Of a stretch of DNA of 20,000 nt, positions 10,513-20,000 are shown piece by piece. The notes below the pieces were generated by a model. It had not been told where the DNA came from. It made no database searches and saw only the letters and a list, made by a program, of their open reading frames with translations. Position numbers and translations under genes: made by a program. Source of the DNA: Trichoplax sp. H2 (taxonomy: Eukaryota); NCBI GenBank assembly GCA_003344405.1, contig NOWV01000268.1, forward strand, positions 56,264 to 76,263. The letters run 5' to 3'. Positions within the stretch are counted from its first letter, which is position 1. Each line of letters begins with the position of its first letter.

Positions 10513-13308
10513 CTTTATTAAATGAACGAATAAAAACATGTATGATATTCTTTATATTGATAATAAGTGATTTACCTAGGATTTCGTAGTTGGTAACTGG
10601 TATACTGTTGTTCGTGCTCAGTTGGCATTGTATCGACATTCGAGCTTGTAAGCTTGCAGAACTACAGTGCAGTACCGTATGAAAGCCGTCATTGTTACGA
10701 ACATTAAAATTGCCGTAATGTTTATCGCACCTTCAGCGTTCGTTGTCACTGTTAAATCTTTCTTCTTGGTCGTTAATGACTATGTTTCCCAAGAGCACTT
10801 CTCAATTGTTATTTTACAAAGCCGCAATTTCTAGAAATCTTTGCATGCAAAGCTGTGTGGCAAGAAAATATAGACAATTTAGAATGATAAATTACTTTAT
10901 ATATGCGTTCATAGCTACAATTTATCGTTTTGGAAGAAATATCTATTCTATATACGCGTGGCTTAATATATACTTAACCAGTTTAACATTATTAAGTTTT
11001 AAAGTTAAAATAACTATCTTCCCTCTAAAGAGCGATTCCAGTATTCAGTTTTGATAATAATATCTAATGAAATACGCTGATACTATAATTTTAAAAATTT
11101 CAAACAATCTGAATTTTGAAACTGAATAACATTAGAAATGGCATCATTAAAACTCATCTTGTTATTTCGGAGAATATTGTAAACTTTTATACCTGATCCT
11201 GTTAGAGGAAAAGCGTCCACTTTACACCTGGTAAAAATAGGTGCGATAATTACTTCAGTTTTAATGGTTAAATGATGCGCTCATAAACTAGATTTAAATA
11301 CGCTACCACTTATGCATTTACTAAGGTGTCATTTTCATTATTAAAGCAGATAGTAAAAATGCGTTAATAACTAATTTTGGTAGCGCAAGATAGCCGTTGA
11401 TCGAATAAAAAATAGTACTATTAATATCATCTTAGGTATGGAATGTTAGAGAAATCAACTTTTAAAACTTACTGCTAGTCTTAACAAAATACAAAGTAGT
11501 ATTGACATTACGCGTACATATAAAACGTTAGTGTACTAGTATCTAACAAAAATTAAAATAGTATTTGCCGATGATACTAAATGCGTCTTTATGATAATAA
11601 TATATGGATTCTATTCTTTGCGTAGAAGCATACAGATTATAAATATATACTTCTCTATTTAGATAAGATTTAAACTCTTTAAATCAAAAGCTATAAAAAT
11701 GAAGATATATTCTAAATATTAGAGCAATAAAGCTATTTCTTTGACAGTTTCTGTATAGAAATTAACTTTTGGTAATTGTAGACTACTTGAGTCCCTTAAC
11801 CGAAAAGGTAATTGAAGATTTTTAAATAAAAAACTTTTGGATAAATTACTATCTATTAATAAACTTGATAGTTAAGCGTATTTTCTCATCGGAAATCCTT
11901 GTCCAGAATAAGGGCAGTAATAATTTTTTGTGCCGTATAGTTATTATCGGTAATACTTTCAAGTTAAGTTTTTAGAATAGTTAAAGTGAAGTACTATGAA
12001 CTTGACTAGATATGCGCTCAAGGTACGTAGTTACGAGAAACATGAAGCGTTATTATTATATTTTTCTTTAATGTACTAAAATCAATTACTGTGGACGTTT
12101 TCTATGATACTGTGTAAAAGTTGAAACGTAAGCTGGCGATAATTATAGTTCATTTTGTATTCTCAGTGATTCTTAGCGATCATAATTTAGCAAGTGTCAA
12201 AGAAATTTTCTTTCAATAGTATGGCTGTAGGAATTTTATGTTGGCCAATATTCTGGGAATAATTAATATAACAGGGAAAAAAAGATTTTCATAGTTGCTA
12301 CCAGTATTACACTTTATTTTCGCAAGTATTAACAACTTACATAGCAGTATACATATATTTATATATATATATTACAGTACTTGTATAGTTTTAGAGTAGA
12401 TGTAGTTATATGCATTTTGCCATTGTAACGCTAAAAGAATGATAATAAGAAGGGATGATAAGGTAATTTATTATGGAATATGCTAAGATAGCTAGTTATA
12501 GACGATCTTGCAAAGTCACAGAAAGTCGATGCTATTTAAATACAGGATTATTGTAGTGAAGTAAGTGATAAAATTGTAATTGCAACATTTCATGTTACAG
12601 TATTCCTAAAGGTACGTAAATTAGTACATTTGTATGAAATTCATTTAAGTCAGCATTATCATCAAAATTAATGTTGACCAGATGTTATAGACATTAATGT
12701 ACGAGATGGAAAATCTATCCTGTAAAATGTTACAATCCAAGTGTGTCCTAAAAAGCTGATTAGGTGCACTAAACAACTTACAAATTTTATGTTAGGAGCT
12801 ACATACACATTGGAACTGGAAGTCACATGATAAACGATACTAGCGGTAGTGCCGTTTTACAGTGAGCGTAGTAGTAGGTATCTAATATGATTAATCAATT
12901 AGCATAATATGTTAAAATATTATTTACCTATGGCGCTTGTATGTGTTTCGTTATCAAATTTTGCACGAATTAAGAGTTGTATATTCAAATTGGGTTCGAC
13001 ACATCAGTATAGATAGCTACTGTATATATCACATTAGTTACATCAAATGTTAGATAGGTCAAAATCGTAGCAGATCCTTCTTTAGCAGTGCAATTTCCAG
13101 TTACTTATACATCCAGCTTATGTTACATAACTCAACGTACTGTATATTAAATTCTTTACCCTTTAGGACATGCCAAGTAGTATAAGCGCTGCTTATCTAC
13201 TCGTGAGATATGAGTTCATTCCTAATTGATATCTTTCTGCTATTAATATTGAGGTATAAATGACTTTAGGACAGCGTAAGATTATGCATCATGTAATGAT
13301 TATATTGA

Positions 13309-13800
13309 CTAATCGTCATTCTCTACGTCGATGATTAAATCTTCATCGTCCTCTTCTTCAGAACACGATCCGGTTGAGCCTAGCGTGAAACGTCGACTTA
13401 TTACTTGATTCCTCTTCTTCCATCTATAAAGCCACATATTAGACGCTTTAAAACTTGTCAAACCATGATAATTCGCAATTTCTAGAGCCTTTTGCTGCAA
13501 ATCTTTATTTTTAACCTTCCTGCATGTCGCTAGCTGCGATTTTAGGTACATCAGTACACCATTCTCGATTTCTCTAGACTTCACCTGTCGCACGAATTCA
13601 ACCTTCTTTCGAGTTTTTTGTAAGTTTTGTTTAATAGACTTAAATTTTTGATAGGCATTATTCCATTCGCGCACACGCTTACGATCAACGCCAAATTTGA
13701 TTGCAGTTTTGGAAACATTCTGTTTTTTAGACTCTCGAAGAGCCTCGACAACACTTATCTTGAATTCGATCGTGTACGAACTTCGTCTACGCTTACACAT
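13309..13800 (-). CDS. Pogo/Tigger transposase-derived DNA-binding protein (Brinker-like HTH + CENP-B/Tc5-type HTH, acidic C-tail, no DDE domain), 163 aa
   Basis: Uninterrupted ATG-to-TAG ORF. The N-terminal RRSSYTIEFKISVVE...NVSKTAIKFGVDRKRVREW fits a Brinker/POGK-like DBD. EIENGVLMYL...KVKNKDLQQKALEIA...FKASNMWLYRWKKRN...RR fits the CENP-B-type HTH signature (FKAS.GWL.RF..R). It ends EEEDDEDLIIDVENDD*. Confidence 0.85.
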   Translation of the reverse strand: MCKRRRSSYTIEFKISVVEALRESKKQNVSKTAIKFGVDRKRVREWNNAYQKFKSIKQNLQKTRKKVEFVRQVKSREIENGVLMYLKSQLATCRKVKNKDLQQKALEIANYHGLTSFKASNMWLYRWKKRNQVISRRFTLGSTGSCSEEEDDEDLIIDVENDD

Positions 13801-15519
13801 TTCGATATTTTAGAGAATTTTAATTACCAAATTTCACTTTCGAAGATATATGTCGATGGGATCTACTGATATTATTCAAGGTTAAAAAGTTGCGGTAAAG
13901 AGTGAGAGAACGGTAGGAAACTAGCTAAGAGCTGCAAGTTTGGTGCTGTAGTTATGGGTGCTAACAGCTTTATTACAAGTGCTGTATTGTTACTTTTTGA
14001 CCTATCTTTGTCTGTTATAGCTAAAATGTACAGGTGATATAAGGTAAATCGAGTTCCTGGGCGGGTAAAGATAATATGATAGTGTCGAGGAATTGCCAAT
14101 CTTTTGTCAACATGTATTCTTTCCGTATAGGACAGTCTCTAAGTAATGTATAATGGCAGGCAAAAAAACAAAGCGAGACAATTGCTGGAAAGTACACATT
14201 CGTTTATTGTACTATTTACTTTGAATACACTTACGTTAATGCGCTTATAGATGAGGGCGGCAGTTATTGGAAATTGCTCTATGGTGGGTCAGAGCAATAA
14301 AATACAATGTAATTACAATTTTTTTTGTGAAAATTACGTTATAAGAATGCTATGTACCGAATCCTCCTTAGAATATTAGTCGACAATCGTGCCTTTTTTC
14401 TTATTATAATGATAGTTAGCAAACTTTGTAGTCACGTTAATAGACAAGTGAATTTTACCTGATTACTGAATAAGTCGTATTAAAATTTTACATCAGTTAC
14501 TGTCGCACGAGTTGCAATGGTATTAATCTAGTATTGTTACTGCAATGATTTTGATTTTATTCTTCAAAAGTGAATATAATCACTGTTTGAATTTCATAGC
14601 AACGGTACCATCGAGTTTAGACCATGATTATTATTTTGTTTTTGTGTCACTCAAGTCAATATCATAACTGGTCTGAAAGAGTACTTACTGTATGTTGCCG
14701 TTCTATTCTACTCAACATTACTTCGAAAGGATATTGTTTTCCGTATTACTGTATGACTAAGTCTTATTTAGAAAGTCAGTATTGCATAAATAACGGCGCT
14801 CAATGCACACTACTGGCTCATAACAATAGCTCAATTGTAAAGTTCCGTAGTATATCCAATATACAACTGTTTATTAACTAGTCTCTATTGAAGGCGCTTT
14901 ATGTAATATTGTTTAAAACTGTACCACGAAATAATGATACTTATTATTACAGTAGTTATGTTCCCTTGACACGCCTCTAAATAGAAAATTCCCGTAACTG
15001 ATGTTTATCTCTATTCATACCAGACTTTCCCGTAATTCGGCATTAATATTAATGAAAGCTATGATTGCGATCGCCTCCTATTGTTTAAAATCTTCGCAAT
15101 CCTACAAGTACAATAATACTGAATGTTTAATTTTGACGAATCTAGTTATTATTATCCTCTGTTGCGGCATGCGATAATTTATACTACACATACTGAAACT
15201 AGCAGAAAGACAGTCTGAATGCCGTTTTGATTGGCCACTCGAGACCAACCAGTAACTCTTAGTCCTGCGGCATAAAACAAAATAATGAAAAAGAGAATAA
15301 TAAACTGTAATTTTTGCACTAACAGTGAGAAAAACAATTTTTTGCGTACGTGCGTACTGATTTTTATGTCTGGATGATTGGTGGACTACGCCACGTTATA
15401 CTTGGGTTCCTTTACTCCTGTATGAGTGTGAAATGTTGATGCTGATTTGATTACTAGCCTTGTTTTTAAGGCTAAGGCTTAACAGTAATTCGACAGTCAT
15501 CATAATTATCCTCGCCATG

Positions 15520-15775
15520 CAAGACTACAGTATATAGTACTGTACAGGTCTGGAAATCTTTGAAGGCATGTGCTACTTACTGTACTGTACTGCCACTGAT
15601 CCACTATACCACTATATGTACAGTATACAGTACAGTACAGTACTATGTATTGCAGAGCTACGGTACGTACTACAGTACACAGTAAATGACCATGACCATG
15701 ACATTTCCCAAACATGAACCAAATGCGTGAAGCATGCATGATGCATTCACATTGCTACTGTACAGAGTACAATTC
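15520..15775. repeat. GTACW-rich island with CATG/GCATGC-rich segment
   Basis: tacagtatacagtacagtacagtac, tactgtactgtactg, gaccatgaccatgacat, gcatgcatgatgcat. Confidence 0.7.
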
Positions 15776-15825
15776 AATATTATTATTATTAATAACGGTA
15801 ATAACCTTGACCGTCAATCTGTCTA

Positions 15826-15875
15826 CTGATTGTTCTATATTTGTAGCTGATTGTGCTATTTTTGTAACTGATTGT
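15826..15875. repeat. 21-bp tandem repeat (~2.4 copies)
   Basis: ctgattgttctatatttgtag / ctgattgtgctatttttgtaa / ctgattgt, starting at 15826, 15847 and 15868. Confidence 0.8.
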
Positions 15876-18260
15876 AATTTACAGTATTGTAAGCGACCAA
15901 GCCCAAGCTCGCAAGGTGTTTGATTGCGTGGCTAGCGGTCGTCGCTGCTGACAACAAAATCAGACGAGACTAGCGAATTTGAAGAGACTTTCCACTACTT
16001 TGGCAATTAAAGTGTAAAACAACAACAGCTGTAAAATTTCGAAATCCATCCGATGATAAAATCAAATGGAACGAATTTATAAAATTAGGACAAGGGCTGT
16101 CTTCTACTTATAATATTACTATGATACTTGTTTTCTGTCAATCAACTACATACGTACTTGTATGTAATTGCTTCACAAAATCTCAAGTACATTATTGCCC
16201 TGATTAACTTAACTTTTACTTTACCTAATAAAAAGTCACCGGTCTAAAACGATAAAGCATACTTCTTCGCTGTTTACCTGCAGTACTGTATACACGTGTC
16301 AGAAGTACTGACTGCTGGGTGATTTAGGGAAGCTTTTATCGCACAAATTTACGTTTACCAGTTTCTAATTTATGACCTCGTAAGATGGCAAAAATCGCCG
16401 AATTACGCAGTGTACATCACTGTGTCATAAACAGTAGTATATACGCATGTAGAATGTAAGCTGACGTTCTAACCTATTGGCAATAGCACTTATTTCTCGA
16501 TAGTAAACAGTATTGCATCGAATTTTAAAACGATATTTCGATCAGAATTGATTGAATGTATAGCCAGATATGAATTGAAATTTGCAAATTACAGCCGGTA
16601 CTACTTATGTGATGAAAGACAGTAAAAATACAATGATCCAAAGATTCCTCGGTATGTGGCTCCATGTAAAGTTATAGTGACCGCCTGCTGTACTGCACTG
16701 TTCTGTAACTAACAAACTCTAAAATATTAAATTACTTATTTGGAATGTTACTCCTCCTGTGTATTAATATAATGTTTGTTAATTCGCTATTCCTTGTAAT
16801 AGTAAGGAATGCTGTAGTAATAGCAGCAAGAGCTGCCTGCTGTTTCTAGTAATATAAAATACTGATATAGTGTCACGGCGACGAACTTATGCGTAAATGA
16901 CGATGATAAAATGATGAGTCATTCCTCTTACTCTCCGTCGTTACACCTTCACATATGCCACATGTACAATGCATATTGTGCAGCATTTACAGTCTTATTT
17001 TTGGGCATAACATGATTGGCATTACGAGCTATCGAATCTAGAAGAGATGAATTTGCACAGCCTGGGATGTATGAATTTACGATTAAAATGGAATGATACT
17101 TACTACATTATGCAAAATAGCATGATAGACATTGAATCTTATCGAATTTTACTTTTTTCATTCATTTATGCAGTATAGGAATTCATTCCTCAAGGTTAAA
17201 TCGATATAACCTGAAACAGATTTATCCTTACTATTCAAGAACACGTAATAACCAGAGAGTGTTGTAGTCTTGTAGATCTAACACATTTTTCTTTTAAGTA
17301 TTTTAATATCATCTTTTAGTCATTGTTCGTTTTTAATAAAATGATTGGTCAAGTATGATTGTATAAGTAAGTGGACTTGATTCAGTCATATATTTATTTT
17401 GCTCTCGACAGCGCTACTCTTTATACCTTTACTATCGTCTTAGACTTTTCTATTTAACATTATTGCTTTCATTTAGAGTTTTAAGGTATACTGCAGCGAT
17501 AGATACTTTAGTTTTATGACCGAGGATACGTTGATCATCATGCAACAATAACGCAGTAAATCGCTTGCGGCTCGCTCATGTTATCGACGACTATGAAATC
17601 TATCCATTATATTTAGTGACGTATAATATCTGCAGTCGATCAGGTTGCCAATAAAACATTAATGGTATGATAGCTGACCAGAATTATTATCTAGATCGCT
17701 AGCAAGGTAATCGGCAGTTAGACTACTATCTTTAATTTATGATTACTATGAGATTATCAGAGAGTCGATGCAATGTAAATTATAAATTTTATTTCATTAA
17801 TGAACACCTTTATCAAACCTATATATATATTAGAAAGGGTATCGACAGTTTACCATTGATAAATTACTCACTTTCATGCACTATATACAAAAAAATAAGG
17901 ATTATAGTAGACCAAAGGACATAACAGTTTAACAATCACTGTGTATAAACATGCGGATATGGCATTTATTAGGTCTTAGATATAGTACAATATGCACTAC
18001 CCTCGGTAAATATAAATTTCTTTTCGAAATATCATGATTGAAATCACAGTTACCTGGATTAAACTTCCATAATATATCAATCTCTGAACAGTGTCTGGTA
18101 TACTAGCATGCAAGTAAATAGATTCCAATCATTTTATGCGTTCATTTTACAATTTATATAAATATTGATAGATAATGGATCAGACGATATGAATAAATAT
18201 ATCATTGGTTATGGACCTTGTCACAGAAACATACCATAATAACTTATCTTTCTTAAATGA

Positions 18261-18945
18261 ATAATCTTATAAGGTTACAATTGTCCTACGTGCAAGAGAG
18301 ATGATTCCTCAAGATATGATATGGACGAGGATAGTTTATATTATTCTAATTATCTGTTTATGCCCTAGTAATGAAGGAGTAAAATACAAAAAGATTGTAG
18401 TGTCAAAGATTTATTCGTAAACTGAGAATCCTACTAGGTGGTAACTTCCTTATATCCTACACTCGTCAACAAGGCATACATCTGATTATATAAGTAAGCG
18501 CAACAGCGCACCTACATGCAAGAGAAATGATTTCTAAAGATAAGATATGGATGAAGATTGTTTATTCTAATTATCCGATTATACGTGGCTATAAAGGAGT
18601 AAAATTGAAGAAGATAGCTAATAATCTTGTAAGGCTACAATCACCCTACAATCAATAGATAGTTACTAAAGATATGATATGGATGAGGAACGATTTATTT
18701 TATTCTAATTACATGATTATACCGTAATAATAAAGGAGTAACAGATTGTTTATTCTAATTATCCGATTATACGCGGTAATGAAGGAGTCAAAATTAAGAA
18801 GATAGCTAATAATCTTGTAAGGCTACAATTACCCTATAAGCAATAGATGGTTACTAAAGGTATGATATGGATGAGGAACGATTTATTTTATTCTAATTAC
18901 ATGATTATACCGTAATAATAAAGGGGTAACTTGAAGAAAATGGCT
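18261..18945. repeat. Diverged ~125-135 bp tandem repeat array including a recent 188-bp tandem duplication
   Basis: The unit ataatctt.taagg.tacaa...gatatgatatgga.gagga...ttattctaatta...aaggagtaa recurs at ~18261, ~18490, 18621 and 18809, plus a half unit at 18743. 18555-18742 and 18743-18930 are near-identical. Confidence 0.9.
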
Positions 18946-19269
18946 TAATCGCTGAAATGTAGTTTAAGCGTATATGCATTTAGATATATGGATAGCTACA
19001 GATATCGTATAAGAAATTGAAATTTTGGAACTGGTTATCTGTGGCTAGTAGAACCTTTATGAATATTCTTGTGCTACTCATCGTTATTACCGTATCCTCT
19101 TATCACTGCATGTTGTACCTGGTCCGCATACCAAAGATACATTAATACGAGCTACAATTTCGTACTATACATAGCAGTTAAAAACTTTAAAATCGAAAAT
19201 TTCATATTATTCCATCTCCGGTTAACATCGGAAAAGTGCGCTCGCTCAAAAACGAAACCTCAGGAGTGT

Positions 19270-19862
19270 TGTACTGAGCTGTATTGTTACACCTGTTACA
19301 CCGTACACTGAGTGTACAGTCCCGTAAATCACGGTGTACTGTACTGTACTTTACAGTACTATACTGTACAATAGGGTGGGCTACAGTACTGTACTGTAAA
19401 TGATGCACTGTAAAACTTTGAATACTGTACAGTACAGTACTGTACACTGTACAGTACTTTAGGAAATGTCACGCATACTGGAAAGTCTTGCAGGTACTGG
19501 AAATGCATGCGTGTACTGGAAAGTCATTGCGCGTACTGGAAATGCATGCGTGCACTAAAGTACAGTACAGTACAGTACTGTACACTAAATGGTCAAGCTG
19601 TTCAGTGTACAGTACAGTTGTACAGTATTAAACATTACATTTCAACAATCCTGGTGTACTGTACTGTACAGTACAGTACCGTACCGTACAGTACAGTACA
19701 GAACTCGTGTCTTTGATAATCATTGATGGTCTCTTTATGGTCTGGTCTGGTCGTACTGTACTACAGTATCTCTGCGGTACTGTACAGCCGTACGGTACTG
19801 CTTTACAGTGTACAGTACAGTATAACTCAGAGTCAAGTACTGTACAGTACTGTACTGTACTT
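19270..19862. repeat. GTACW-rich island enclosing a 19-20 bp minisatellite (19476-19552) and a perfect 24-bp palindrome (19656-19679)
   Basis: TACTGGAAA-led units at 19476, 19495, 19514 and 19534. GTACTGTACTGTACAGTACAGTAC is its own reverse complement. Confidence 0.85.
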
Positions 19863-20000
19863 ATGCCAAAATTGCGTATAAACTGAGGTAAAATGAGCAG
19901 ACCACGCGTCGCGATGGTAACAGCTTGGATCATGTGATCCACGAAATCTTGACATCGTTGCTGCTCCAATAGTAATTTTATATCATTACTGCTATTATTG

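Noticed and set aside
10576..10800. Minus-strand frame interrupted by a single TGA (possible selenocysteine or readthrough)
   Set aside because: No start or homology context and no SECIS recognised. It is compatible with chance.
12985..13010. GGTTCGA (T-loop/B-box-like) motif
   Set aside because: No cloverleaf or A-box in the flanks; not a tRNA.
13627..14099. ORFs 13627..13869 (+) and 13872..14099 (-)
   Set aside because: The first is an antisense shadow of the HTH gene. The second has a non-ATG start and no recognisable features.
18261..18945. CRISPR-like array
   Set aside because: The intervening sequences are homologous to each other rather than unique spacers, the repeats are not palindromic, there are no cas genes and the context is eukaryotic.
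19069..19969. ORFs at 19069, 19202, 19507 and 19628 (and similarly 15506 and 15714)
   Set aside because: Largely repeat-derived low-complexity translations with no recognisable domain.

Overview
AT-rich, eukaryote-like (spliceosomal-intron) genomic DNA. Short introns and abundant GTAC(A/T) pentamer tracts suggest a compact early-branching animal genome, possibly a placozoan such as Trichoplax (inference only). Main content: (1) the 5' ~two-thirds of a divergent alpha-catenin (vinculin family) gene on the minus strand. I reconstructed 11 GT-AG exons (5145 down to 156, 576 codons in a continuous frame); the gene probably continues off the left edge. (2) Just upstream of it, a cluster of short palindromes and a nested Tc1/mariner-type MITE-like element (5702-5933). 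(3) An intact 163-aa ORF (13309-13800, minus) holding only the DNA-binding half of a pogo-type transposase (Brinker-like HTH + CENP-B HTH), with no DDE domain and an acidic tail carrying an [ED]..IDV motif; it is a candidate domesticated transposase. (4) GTACW-rich islands and tandem repeats (15.5-15.9 kb, 18.26-18.93 kb, 19.27-19.86 kb). No rRNA, tRNA or CRISPR features were found.
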